Below, in pieces: positions 10,141 through 19,302 of a stretch of DNA of 64,000 nt. The translations under genes and the position numbers were made by a program. Source of the stretch: an uncultured Actinomycetota bacterium (GTDB lineage Bacteria > Actinomycetota > Actinomycetes > DATJPE01). Every line of letters starts with the position of its first letter. Within the stretch, counting starts at the first letter, position 1. The notes beneath the pieces were generated by a model, which saw only the letters and a list, made by a program, of their open reading frames with translations, made no database searches and was not told the origin of the DNA. The stretch is from NCBI GenBank assembly GCA_963820065.1, contig CAWFYM010000002.1, forward strand, positions 27,103 to 91,102, given 5' to 3'.

Positions 10141-10275
10141 CGTTGAGACCAGTCGCGTTCTGGCCAGACGTCGTCGCGGCTGCACGAGCGGTGACGGAGC
10201 TGGTCCTTGCATGGAAGCGCCCCCACCGCGAAGCGACGCCGGTCGGCTGGGCGTAGGCAGAGCCGTGAGCGTCGA

Positions 10276-10325
10276 CCGTCAGAGCCGTCAGAGCCGTCAG
10301 AGCCGTCAGAGCCGTCAGAGCCGTC
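10276..10325. repeat. 9-bp tandem repeat CCGTCAGAG, 5 full copies plus a 5-nt partial copy
   Basis: Direct reading of 10276-10325, where all five full copies are identical. Confidence 0.95.
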
Positions 10326-10482
10326 CGGGCCCGGCTGGGCAGGACCAAAGGCCATGGCGTGCGTCGCGGTTCAGCGCTTGGCTGGAGCGGTAGGTCGCCC
10401 CAGCGCGCGCGTGCGCGTCGTACGACTTTGTCCGTGTGCCGACGGACTCGGCCACGAGAGCAACCAGAGAAGCGGGTATGTG

Positions 10483-11529
10483 ATGAACATCGAGTCAATG
10501 TCCACGACGGCCCAGCAGTTGGTCGCCCCAGGGAAGGGCATCCTGGCCGCCGACGAGAGCACACCGACCATGGCGAAGCGCCTGGCCGCCATCGGCGTCG
10601 CATCGACCGAGCCCGTTCGGCGCGCCTACCGCCAGCTGCTGTTCACCACCCCTGGCCTGGGCGAGTACATCAGCGGAGTCATCCTCTTCGACGAGACGAT
10701 CCGCCAGACAGCGGCCGACGGCACTCCACTCCCGGAGTTGCTGAAAAGGCAAGGGATCATCCCAGGGATCAAGGTCGACGCCGGCACCAAACCACTGGCC
10801 GGGTTCCCCGACGAAGTGGTCACCGAAGGCCTTGATGGGCTTCGTCCCAGGCTGGAGGAGTACGCGTCCCTCGGTGCTCGTTTCGCCAAGTGGCGCGCGG
10901 TCATTCGAATCAAGGACGGGCTGCCTTCGGCCACCTGTCTGGAGGCGAATGCCCATGCCCTGGCGCGGTACGCCGCTCTCGCGCAGGAGGCCGGGCTGAC
11001 CCCGATCGTCGAGCCGGAGGTGCTCATGGACGGAGTCCACGACATCGACCTGTGTGCCTCGGTGACCTTGGCAGCGCTGCGCGCCGTGTATGAGCAGCTC
11101 GGTCGTCACCGAGTCGTCCTGGAAGCCAGCCTGCTCAAGCCCAACATGGTCCTTCCCGGCCAGGACTGCCCAGTGACCGTCCACGATGACGAGATCGCAG
11201 AGCGGACGATCGCCGTCGCCAGGCAGGCCGTACCCGCCGCAGTGCCCGGACTGGTCTTCCTCTCCGGCGGTCAGTCCGACGAGCAGGCCACCTCTCGTCT
11301 GGATGCGCTGAACAGGCGGGGCCCGCAGCCGTGGCAGTTCAGCTTCTCCTTCGGCCGAGCCCTGCAGGCGCCGGTGCTCCGCGCGTGGGCCGGAGATGAG
11401 GCGAACGCCGACGCGGCACAGGCCTCCCTTCTGCATCGCGCGCGACTGAACGCAGCCGCACGCCATGGGTCGTACCGACCCGAGATGGAAAGCGACAAGA
11501 CAGGCGCGGCGGAAGCCGCCCACGCCTGA
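10483..11529 (+). CDS. fba: Fructose-bisphosphate aldolase, class I (Schiff-base type)
   Basis: Motifs GKGILAADESTPTMAKRL, LLKPNMV, FLSGGQS and SFSFGRALQ. The ATG at 10483 gives 348 aa. The upstream part of track ORF 10207..11529 is non-homologous. Confidence 0.9.
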   Translation: MNIESMSTTAQQLVAPGKGILAADESTPTMAKRLAAIGVASTEPVRRAYRQLLFTTPGLGEYISGVILFDETIRQTAADGTPLPELLKRQGIIPGIKVDAGTKPLAGFPDEVVTEGLDGLRPRLEEYASLGARFAKWRAVIRIKDGLPSATCLEANAHALARYAALAQEAGLTPIVEPEVLMDGVHDIDLCASVTLAALRAVYEQLGRHRVVLEASLLKPNMVLPGQDCPVTVHDDEIAERTIAVARQAVPAAVPGLVFLSGGQSDEQATSRLDALNRRGPQPWQFSFSFGRALQAPVLRAWAGDEANADAAQASLLHRARLNAAARHGSYRPEMESDKTGAAEAAHA

Positions 11530-11640
11530 CCTCGAACGTGCGTCGGCCGGTGCAGGTGCTCGTGTCCAGCACTCGGCCGATCGTGCGTCCGGCAGTGGGG
11601 CCATGCCCCAGTTGGGGCGTCGATCTGCCACGAATCGAGA

Positions 11641-12339
11641 GTGAGTGCGATGGGAGACTCGGCCATGTGCCGGTTCCGTGATCGGGTCGATGCCGGGCGT
11701 CAGCTTGCCCAGCGTCTCGAGCGCCTACGTGGCGAGGACCTCGTCGTTCTCGGGCTGCCCCGGGGCGGTGTTCCAGTGGCCTTCGAGGTCGCGAGGGCCC
11801 TCCAGGCTCAGCTCGACGTCATCGTCGTACGCAAGCTCGGCGTGCCGTTCCAACCCGAGCTCGCCATGGGCGCAATCGGCGAGGGTGGGTTCCGCGTCGT
11901 GGAGCCTGGCGTGGTCAGTCATTCCCTGATCACCTCGGACGAGTGGCGTTCGGTACAGCGTCAAGAGCGCCGAGAGCTCGAGAAGCGGGTCGCCATGTTC
12001 CGGCGTGGTCGTGAGCGCCTCGACCTGCGAGGTCGGGTCGCCGTGGTTGTCGACGACGGCATCGCAACAGGTTCGACCGCGCGGGTCGCATGCGACATCG
12101 CGCGCCATCTCGGCGCCGCGAGGGTGGTGTTGGCGGCGCCCGTAGCACCCCTCGAGACCGTCCAGAGCTGGGCAGGTGTCGACGAGCTCGTGTGCCTCGA
12201 AACGCCGGAGCGGCTCGGGTCGGTCAGTCAGTACTACGACGACTTCTCCGCGATCCGCGACGAGGAGGTCATCGGACTGCTCGAGCGAGCCGAACGGCTG
12301 TTTCGCGGTGCAGGCCGCGGCACTGACGGAGTCGACTGA
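11641..12339 (+). CDS. Phosphoribosyltransferase-family protein
   Basis: FRDRVDAGRQLAQRL...VVLGLPRGGVPVAFEVA and the PRPP-binding loop VAVVVDDGIATGSTA. Confidence 0.8.
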   Translation: MSAMGDSAMCRFRDRVDAGRQLAQRLERLRGEDLVVLGLPRGGVPVAFEVARALQAQLDVIVVRKLGVPFQPELAMGAIGEGGFRVVEPGVVSHSLITSDEWRSVQRQERRELEKRVAMFRRGRERLDLRGRVAVVVDDGIATGSTARVACDIARHLGAARVVLAAPVAPLETVQSWAGVDELVCLETPERLGSVSQYYDDFSAIRDEEVIGLLERAERLFRGAGRGTDGVD

Positions 12340-12478
12340 AACCTCGGGCAGGGTCGGAGCTGCTGACCCCGGGTGATGACGGCCGCACATGCCGCACGAC
12401 GCACATACAGATGAAGGCTGGGCCACCGAACTGTGCGCCGGCGCTCGAGGCTCGCGCCTGGAGACGCCCTGAAGGCGG

Positions 12479-13456
12479 TCAGGCGCGGGACGGCAGATCC
12501 GCGCCGGTGAACTCCGCTGACATCTCCCAGAGGCGGCGAGCTGAGTCGCGGTCGACGGCGTGCGCGTCTACGCCCATGTAGCGGGCGAGCGGAGACTCAG
12601 GATCGGTGGGCGCGGCAATGTCGCAGTCCTCGCAGTACACGCCTCCCATGCTGTCGAGCATGGGTGAGGTTGCCGCCCACAGGGAGGTGGCGGCACCCTG
12701 TTCGGGCGTCTTGAAGCCCTCGCGCACCGCTCCGTGCTCATCGATCCATCCGAGCGCGACCATTTCCTCGCGCGGCATGTGGCGCTGCAGCGGGGTCATG
12801 ATCCCGCCGGGATGTACGGCGAATGCGCGGACGCCGTCGTCGGCGCCGAGGGAGTCCAGGTGTACCGCGAACAGGCTGTTCGCCGTCTTGGACTGACCGT
12901 ACGCCCGCCACTTCTCGTACGGTTCGTCGTGCCACATCGGGTCCTGCCAACGGATGTCAGACAACTTGTGCCCGGTCGAGGACAGGGAGACCACGCGCGC
13001 CCCGCCGGCCGCCGTGAGAGCCGGCCACAACTCGCAGGTGAGCACGAAGTGCCCAAGGTGATTGGTCGCGAACTGGGCCTCCCAGTTCTCGCCCACGCGC
13101 GTCTCGGGGCAGGCCATGATGCCGGCGTTGTTGATGAGGACGCCAACGGGGCGGGCCGACTTCAGGACCCGTGCGGTGAACGCCCTGACACGGCCGAGGT
13201 CGGAGAGGTCGAGCTCCTCGACCTCGACGCTGCCCTGCACCTGCGCGAGTGCCTCCTCGGCCACGGCGCTTCGGCGTGAGGGAACGATGACGTGAGCGCC
13301 GGCACCTGCCAGCGCACGCGTGGTCTCAAGACCGAGGCCCGAGTAGCCGCCTGTGACGATCGCCAACCGACCACTGAGCTCCACCCCTTCGAGGACCTCG
13401 GCGGCCGTGCTGTCGTGGCCGAACCCGGAGCTGATCGGCTGCTGCGGGGTCGTCAT
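12479..13456 (-). CDS. Short-chain dehydrogenase/reductase (SDR) family oxidoreductase
   Basis: LAIVTGGYSGLGLETTRALAGAGAHVIVPSRR Rossmann motif. ATG at 13456 (MTTPQQPISS) lies within track ORF 12479..13519. Confidence 0.85.
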   Translation of the reverse strand: MTTPQQPISSGFGHDSTAAEVLEGVELSGRLAIVTGGYSGLGLETTRALAGAGAHVIVPSRRSAVAEEALAQVQGSVEVEELDLSDLGRVRAFTARVLKSARPVGVLINNAGIMACPETRVGENWEAQFATNHLGHFVLTCELWPALTAAGGARVVSLSSTGHKLSDIRWQDPMWHDEPYEKWRAYGQSKTANSLFAVHLDSLGADDGVRAFAVHPGGIMTPLQRHMPREEMVALGWIDEHGAVREGFKTPEQGAATSLWAATSPMLDSMGGVYCEDCDIAAPTDPESPLARYMGVDAHAVDRDSARRLWEMSAEFTGADLPSRA

Positions 13457-13788
13457 GCGGGAAGCGTAGCCGCCGGGTCTGTGCCCGAACGTGCCTCGCG
13501 GCCCAGGTGTCAGGTGCAACGAGACTGGGCCGTTGTGCCGGCAGATCCTTGTTGTCGGCCGTCATTCTTATCGGCCACCGCTCCGTGCTTGGTGTGGCCC
13601 CAGCGGTGGTGAGTCTGCGGTGGCGCCGGCTCGGCCAGCTGCGTCGCCTATCGTGTCCACGACCTAGTGCCTTCGGAGGGCGCCTCGTGCAGATCGGTCG
13701 CCTTCGGGCAAGTCGGAGAGCCCCAGCAGGGTCGCAGGGAGACTTTTGCGACGGTGGCGTCAAGCTCCGCAACGAGGTTCGGCTACGC

Positions 13789-14637
13789 ATGGCCGTCCTG
13801 GTTGTGGTGATGGGCTTGATTGCTTCGGTAGCCGGGTCAAGCGAAGCGGCAAGTGGCGCCGTCAGCGTGAAGGTCGGTGACGTCTTGACTCCTGCGTCCT
13901 CGTGCGTGACCAGAGTTGTCGCTGCGGGTGACATGAACTCCGTGCGCGCGGCTCGTCGTACCGGCGCCCTCGCCAAGAGCCTTCATCCTGATGTGGTCGC
14001 AGTCCTTGGTGACCTTGCGTACCCCAATGGCTCCCTTCGTCGCTACCGCAAGGGCTACGACCGAACACCGTGGGGGCAGCTCAAGAAGGACACGCGCCCG
14101 GTGCCAGGCAACCACGACTACCGAACGAAGAATGCGAAGGGCTACTTCACCTATTTCGGTGATCCGCCCCGTCGCTATGCCTACAAGCTGGGTTGCGGCT
14201 GGCGCGCGTACGCCCTCAACAGCGAGAGGCACGTGGCAGGACAAGCGAGATGGCTTCGGAAGGACCTCCGGGCGCATCCGCACGCCAACGTCGTGGCGTA
14301 TTGGCACAGGCCTCGCTTTTCCTCCGGCCAGCATGGAAGCGATCGCGGGATGCGACGGTTGTGGGCGGCCCTGGCCGGGCGAACGGCCATCGTCCTCAAT
14401 GGGCACGAACACTCCTACGAGCGTTTTGCCCCCAAGGGTCAGCGCCGACAGTTCGTTGTCGGAACTGGTGGGTCCTCGACCTACCCGTTCAGACGGCACC
14501 ACGCCGTTGGCAGCGTCAAGCGCATCACTGGCTCGCCGGGGGTCCTTCTCCTCAAGCTCGCGAAGGGTTCCTACTCGTGGAGATTTCTTGACGTTCACTC
14601 CCATGTGCTGGATCGCGGCCACAGACTGGCCCGCTGA
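13789..14637 (+). CDS. Secreted calcineurin-like metallophosphoesterase
   Basis: ATG at 13789 gives the signal-like MAVLVVVMGLIASVAGSSEAASG. Motifs AAGDMN, GDLAYPNG, PGNHDY and LNGHEHSYERF. Confidence 0.8.
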   Translation: MAVLVVVMGLIASVAGSSEAASGAVSVKVGDVLTPASSCVTRVVAAGDMNSVRAARRTGALAKSLHPDVVAVLGDLAYPNGSLRRYRKGYDRTPWGQLKKDTRPVPGNHDYRTKNAKGYFTYFGDPPRRYAYKLGCGWRAYALNSERHVAGQARWLRKDLRAHPHANVVAYWHRPRFSSGQHGSDRGMRRLWAALAGRTAIVLNGHEHSYERFAPKGQRRQFVVGTGGSSTYPFRRHHAVGSVKRITGSPGVLLLKLAKGSYSWRFLDVHSHVLDRGHRLAR

Positions 14638-14658
14638 CGCGCCCGGCGCGGGGCTAGG

Positions 14659-15402
14659 TCACCCGACCGGAAGGCGCCGTGTCGTCAGCAGCCAGATGCC
14701 GAGCCAGCCTTCTCCAACCATGGACGGCAGGGCCACCATCACGAGGAACAGCCCGGATACGGTCGAGTAGTCGGTAAGGACCAGGTGCGCCATGGTGTCC
14801 GCGGCATAGGCAAGACCGGCGAACGCGAGAATGTAGCCCAGCACACGGGGTGCGAAACGTGAGCGGGCGACGAGCGCGCCGAGCAGCACCAGGTGGACAC
14901 CGAACAGGCACAGGCCCAGCTGCCATGTCGTCTGGAAGTTGTCGACGGCCTGCATGGTCTGCACAGCCTGTGCGTCGGCCGCAGGCGCTGCACTCGTTGC
15001 CAGGGTCAAGGCCTGGACCAGGAAGACCAACGAGACACCGAGCATGACGCTGTAGCCGAGTCGGAACCACGCCATGACGATGGACAGGTCCCGGTTGACG
15101 CTACGGAAGACCACCTGAAGGGCCCAGGCCAAAGTGATGTCGAGCAACACGATGAGAAGGAACGCCAGGATGCCCGCTCGAAGCAACTCGGGGGAGTCGG
15201 CGATGTTCGCCGTCGTCGCCAGCGGGTCGCCCTCCACGACGAGTCCCTCGAGAGCGAGGAAGTTGGCAACGATCGCCAGGACGAACATGACCAGATAGGA
15301 CGCACCGGCGATGCGGGCGATCCGCCTGGTCTGCGTGCCCGGTGTCTCGGGCGTGAGCGTCGGCTGCTTCGTGGTGCGTGTGCCAACGGTTTGAGTGGTC
15401 AC
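14659..15402 (-). CDS. DUF4386-family membrane protein
   Basis: 247-aa ORF with six hydrophobic helices. Motifs RIAGASYLVMFVLAIVANF and LVARSRFAPRVLGYIL are typical of the family. Confidence 0.75.
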   Translation of the reverse strand: MTTQTVGTRTTKQPTLTPETPGTQTRRIARIAGASYLVMFVLAIVANFLALEGLVVEGDPLATTANIADSPELLRAGILAFLLIVLLDITLAWALQVVFRSVNRDLSIVMAWFRLGYSVMLGVSLVFLVQALTLATSAAPAADAQAVQTMQAVDNFQTTWQLGLCLFGVHLVLLGALVARSRFAPRVLGYILAFAGLAYAADTMAHLVLTDYSTVSGLFLVMVALPSMVGEGWLGIWLLTTRRLPVG

Positions 15403-15451
15403 GACTTCTCCTTGGAGTACCAGTGGTCGCAGTGCAGCTCGGGGGAGTGGG

Positions 15452-16501
15452 CTAGGCGTTCGGTCGAACGACGATCACGCACTTGCCTGCGATGCGTCCG
15501 GACTCGAGATCGGTGAGCGCATCGCGCGCGTCAGACAGGGGATACCTGCCTCCGATCAGGGGGACCACCGCACCGCTGGACATCAGTCCGGCCAGTCGAT
15601 CGATGGTTTCGTGGTGCTCGCGGCTGATGAAGGACGTGAGGCGTTGACGGGAGAAGACAGACACCGCGGCGGCGCGGAGGTTGCGGCCGATGCCACCGGT
15701 CCACTTCCCGCCGCCTTCGCCCCCGACGATGACCAGCGTCCCGGAGGGCGTGAGCGCGCGCTTGAGCCGCCGCACCGGATTGAGACCCCCGGCATCGATG
15801 ATGAGGTCGTATTGCGTGCTGCCGTCGAGGTAGTCATCGCTCGCGTAGTCGATCACCCGCTCGACCCCGAGGCTGGTCACAGCTGCTGCCTTGGCCGCGC
15901 TCGAGACGCCCGTGACGTGGGCGCCGAGCGCCGTCGCGATCTGCACGGCGTAGCTCCCCACGCCACCGGAGGCACCGATCACGAGCACGGATTGGCCAGC
16001 CTCGATCCGGCCGACGTCAGTCAGAGCCTGGAGGGCTGTGGAGCCCGAGATGGCGGCAACGGCAGCCGACTCGAAGGTGAGGCTCGCGGGCTTGTGGCTG
16101 AGTTTGCGCTCGGGTGCCGCCGCGTACTCGGCGAAGGTGGCGCGTCCGATCCCGAAGACCTCGTCTCCGACCTCGAATCGGCGCACGTCCTTGCCGACGG
16201 CGGCGACGACACCTGCGAGGTCGAGGCCTGGGACCGGCTGCTTCGGCCTGGTGAGTCCGAAGCCCAGCACCCGGATGAGGTAGGGGCTGCCGGACATCAG
16301 GTGCCAGGTGCCGCGGTCGACGCCAGCCGCGCGCACCTCGACGAGGACCTCATCGTCGGCGATGGTCGGGCAAGCGATCGAGGCTTCCTCAATCACGTCA
16401 GGACCGCCGTATCGAGGGGCGATGACCGCACGCATGCGCAGGGTCGCGGCCCGGGGGTCGGCTGAGTGGGCATCCAGGGTGACGTGGCTGCTCTGAGACA
16501 T
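15452..16501 (-). CDS. NAD(P)-dependent medium-chain dehydrogenase / quinone oxidoreductase
   Basis: 349-aa ORF with a GroES-like N-terminus (EVLVEVRAAGVDRGTWHLMSG) and the Rossmann motif VLVIGASGGVGSYAVQIA. Confidence 0.85.
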   Translation of the reverse strand: MSQSSHVTLDAHSADPRAATLRMRAVIAPRYGGPDVIEEASIACPTIADDEVLVEVRAAGVDRGTWHLMSGSPYLIRVLGFGLTRPKQPVPGLDLAGVVAAVGKDVRRFEVGDEVFGIGRATFAEYAAAPERKLSHKPASLTFESAAVAAISGSTALQALTDVGRIEAGQSVLVIGASGGVGSYAVQIATALGAHVTGVSSAAKAAAVTSLGVERVIDYASDDYLDGSTQYDLIIDAGGLNPVRRLKRALTPSGTLVIVGGEGGGKWTGGIGRNLRAAAVSVFSRQRLTSFISREHHETIDRLAGLMSSGAVVPLIGGRYPLSDARDALTDLESGRIAGKCVIVVRPNA

Positions 16502-16518
16502 GAGGTCCTCTCCGATAC

Positions 16519-16569
16519 GGTTTCGTACTAAGTACGACGATGTGCGAAACCATAGCCGTACTTAGTACG
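16519..16569. promoter_or_regulatory. Paired 13-bp palindromes, candidate TetR operators between divergent genes
   Basis: CGTACTAAGTACG at 16524-16536 and CGTACTTAGTACG at 16557-16569. They are flanked by GGTTTCG (16519) and CGAAACC (16545). Confidence 0.5.
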
Positions 16570-16598
16570 ATGGGTCAAGTCATCCACGAAGGGGTCCC

Positions 16599-17261
16599 AT
16601 GTCTGGTCCGGTTGCGCACGTTCCCCTGACCGAGGAGCGGGTTCTCGATGGTGCCCTCGCTCTCGCCGACCGGATCGGGATCGAGGCACTGACGATCCGC
16701 CGGCTCGCGACGGAGCTCGGCGTCAAGCCGATGACGATCTACCACTACCTACCTTCGAAGTCGGCCATCGTGGACGGCATGGTTGAACGGGTGTTCGCCG
16801 AGATCGACCTTCCATCTCAGCGGCTGCCGTGGACGGAGGCGATCCGCGTGCGGTGCCTGTCAGCCCGCAGCGCGCTCAACCGGCACCCATGGGCGGCGGC
16901 CCTGATGGAGTCGCGCACCTCGCCCGGGCCGGTGAATCTGCGTCATCACGAGGCCGTACTCGCCTGCCTGCGTCGGGGTGGTCTGTCCTGGCAGATGACT
17001 GCGCACGCCTACGCGATCCTCGACAGCTACATCTTCGGTTTCGCTTTCGAAGAGGCCACCCTCCCGGCCTCGGGTGGCGAGGGGTTCGTGGAGGCCACGA
17101 CCGAGATCGCCGCGGCCTTCGATCCGCTCGAGTACCCCATGCTCTCGGCGTTCGTCGCTGAGCACGTCGTGCTGCCCGGGTACTCCTTCGGTGACTCATT
17201 CGAGTTTGGACTGGACCTCATCATCAGCGGACTCGAGCAGGCAGCTCTTTCGGTGGGGTAG
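16599..17261 (+). CDS. TetR-family transcriptional regulator
   Basis: N-terminal HTH LTIRRLATELGVKPMTIYHYLPSK with a TetR_C-like remainder. It is divergent from the dehydrogenase gene. Confidence 0.85.
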   Translation: MSGPVAHVPLTEERVLDGALALADRIGIEALTIRRLATELGVKPMTIYHYLPSKSAIVDGMVERVFAEIDLPSQRLPWTEAIRVRCLSARSALNRHPWAAALMESRTSPGPVNLRHHEAVLACLRRGGLSWQMTAHAYAILDSYIFGFAFEEATLPASGGEGFVEATTEIAAAFDPLEYPMLSAFVAEHVVLPGYSFGDSFEFGLDLIISGLEQAALSVG

Positions 17262-17618
17262 ACGAACCGACACCCGTGTTCGCCCGGCCCGCAAGGAGTC
17301 CAGCCGGAGGCTGGTCTTGAGGTCTGGAGCGGAAAGCACACGAAATCGCGCCTGGCCGTGAGCATGCCGCTTGCTACTCGGTGCGCCACCGGGCCACGTC
17401 TGATGTGTCCCATCGAGTACGGAAGCGGGCGCGTCCTCCTTGGAGTCCAACGATCGCCGTGACCGATGGCTGGCCGGATACCGAACGCATACCGACGCAT
17501 GCCGATTCGATACCGCGCAGGGGCAGCGTGACGGGTCGCGGACCGAGCGTCTCTGAACGACGTCGAGTAGTGAGGTCCGACTTGATCCGTCAGATCCATC
17601 AACTGCTTGGAGGACACC

Positions 17619-18707
17619 ATGAAGCTTGGAGTCGTCGCTCTGCGACGAACGCTCGCCGTGGTCTGTGTGGCATCGACCGTGGCGATCCCGACGCCGGCCC
17701 CCGCCGCATCGACTCATGGCCACCGGCACTCGCAGATCGTCTGGACGCAGTTCAACGAGGACTTCACTGCGGCCCGCCTCATGATCGGCGGACCCGCCGG
17801 GAAGGATGTCCGACCGCTCACCGCTTGGGTTGACGGGGTCGTGGACCTGGACGCGCAGATTTCTCCTGACGGCCGGTCCGTGCTCTTCGGGCGGGAGACT
17901 GCTGATGACGTGCAGATTGTCCTGGTCTCGACGCGTGGGGGCCATCAGCGTGTCCTCGACTTCGGTTGTGTCGATCCATGTGCGGTTGACATCGCCCCGA
18001 CGTGGACCCCGGACGGTCGGCATGTCGTCTTCAACCGCGTGGTCGGTCCCTTTGATGAAGCAACCGGCGACGCGGAGTCCGCGTCCCTGTGGGTCGGCAA
18101 TATCAAGACGGGATCGGCGCACCGGATCTCCCCGATGGGCATCGACGGGCACTACGAAGAGGTGGGCGCGAGCTTCGCCCCGTCGGGCTACATGGTCTTC
18201 CTTCGCCTCCGCCTCGAGAACTCCGCCCGGGGATTCGGTAGCGCAGTCTTCCGTCGAGACCCGAACGGTCGTACCCGGCAGCTCACACCGTGGCGTCTCG
18301 ATGCAGATATCGCGAGCGTGTCTCTCGCGACGTCCGGCCCCACCAAAGACCTCGTGGTCTTCGAGACCTACGGGCACGGCCTCAACCAACCGGGCGACGC
18401 GGCGCAAGCTGTCGGGACCGTTCCTGCCACCTGCCATCCGGTGGCGGACTGCGCCCGGCAGGTTCGGCTGCTGACCGACCGATCCTTCGATACCGACTAC
18501 CCCGTCGAGAACTACAACCCGGCGTGGTCCCCTGACGGCCGCAGGATCGCCTTCGTTCGCGCCTTCGAGGGGACCGCGACCGAGCCTTCCAACGCCGACA
18601 TCTGGACCATGCGCTGGAACGGCACCGCGAAGCACCGCGTCACCCGGTCGCCGCTCTGGGACTTCCGCCCGGACTGGGGTATCGCACCCCACGACTCTCT
18701 CCGCTGA
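17619..18707 (+). CDS. Secreted TolB-like beta-propeller (PD40 repeat) protein
   Basis: GGAGG then ATG at 17619 with signal peptide MKLGVVALRRTLAVVCVASTVA. PD40-like repeats ISPDGRSVLFGR, WTPDGRHVVFNR and WSPDGRRIAFVR. Confidence 0.8.
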   Translation: MKLGVVALRRTLAVVCVASTVAIPTPAPAASTHGHRHSQIVWTQFNEDFTAARLMIGGPAGKDVRPLTAWVDGVVDLDAQISPDGRSVLFGRETADDVQIVLVSTRGGHQRVLDFGCVDPCAVDIAPTWTPDGRHVVFNRVVGPFDEATGDAESASLWVGNIKTGSAHRISPMGIDGHYEEVGASFAPSGYMVFLRLRLENSARGFGSAVFRRDPNGRTRQLTPWRLDADIASVSLATSGPTKDLVVFETYGHGLNQPGDAAQAVGTVPATCHPVADCARQVRLLTDRSFDTDYPVENYNPAWSPDGRRIAFVRAFEGTATEPSNADIWTMRWNGTAKHRVTRSPLWDFRPDWGIAPHDSLR

Positions 18708-18715
18708 TGCTGCGC

Positions 18716-18760
18716 GCAGTGCCGACGGGGCCGAGAGCCCCGTCGGCACTGCCGTTGTTC
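18716..18760 (+). terminator. Rho-independent-type terminator after the PD40 gene
   Basis: 16-bp perfect stem GCAGTGCCGACGGGGC / GCCCCGTCGGCACTGC with a 5-nt loop, followed by a weak U tract (CGTTGTT). Confidence 0.6.
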
Positions 18761-18978
18761 GAGCGTGTGCGCCCGTCAGTCTGAACTCCTGGCCGACTGG
18801 GTCGACTCCGACAGGATGTTCGGACAGCGGTCAACAATGTCGACCGGCGACCAGCCAAGGCGGCTGAAAGGTCTTGCAAGAACTCCGGGAGGTGATGTCG
18901 GATCGGCGGGCTGGTGTTCGTAGCAGGGGTGAGTGGCCGTCCACGAGGGGCGCCCCAAGCGGCAGGAGATGATCCGAG

Positions 18979-19302
18979 ATGCAGTACCTGGTTTCCGTAA
19001 TCGACGACGGCACCGGCCCGACGACCCACACCGAAGAGATCGCCATCGACGCGTTCAACGATCGGCTCCGGGACGAGGGCTACTGGGTCTTCGCGGGCGG
19101 TCTCGGGTCGCCGGACCCGGCTACCGTCGTCGACAACAGGGGCGGCGAGCCTGTGCTCACCGACGGGCCTTTCGTGGAGTCGAAGGAGTACCTCGCCGGC
19201 TTCTGGATCCTCGAGGCCCCCGACCTCGACGTTGCGCTCAAGCTCGCCGCTGAGGGGTCGAAGGCGTGCAACCGGAAGATCGAGGTGCGGCCGTTCCTGT
19301 AG
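18979..19302 (+). CDS. YCII/DGPF-domain protein
   Basis: 107-aa ORF with TDGPFVESKEYLAGFWILE. It sits in the typical position directly upstream of a sigma-70-family gene. Confidence 0.85.
   Translation: MQYLVSVIDDGTGPTTHTEEIAIDAFNDRLRDEGYWVFAGGLGSPDPATVVDNRGGEPVLTDGPFVESKEYLAGFWILEAPDLDVALKLAAEGSKACNRKIEVRPFL

Noticed and set aside
10276-10325. A CRISPR array.
   Set aside because: The 9-bp units are contiguous with no spacers. I saw no repeat-spacer architecture and no cas genes anywhere in the window.
10207-10482. An N-terminal extension of the aldolase ORF containing (SEP)n.
   Set aside because: The extension is produced by the 9-bp tandem repeat and open high-GC sequence. Aldolase homology and normal length start at the ATG at 10483.
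17196-18749. A 517-aa minus-strand ORF.
   Set aside because: It is antisense to the PD40 beta-propeller gene, which has an RBS, a signal peptide and repeats. Its translation is Arg/Gly/Pro-rich with no motifs, so it is a typical high-GC shadow ORF.
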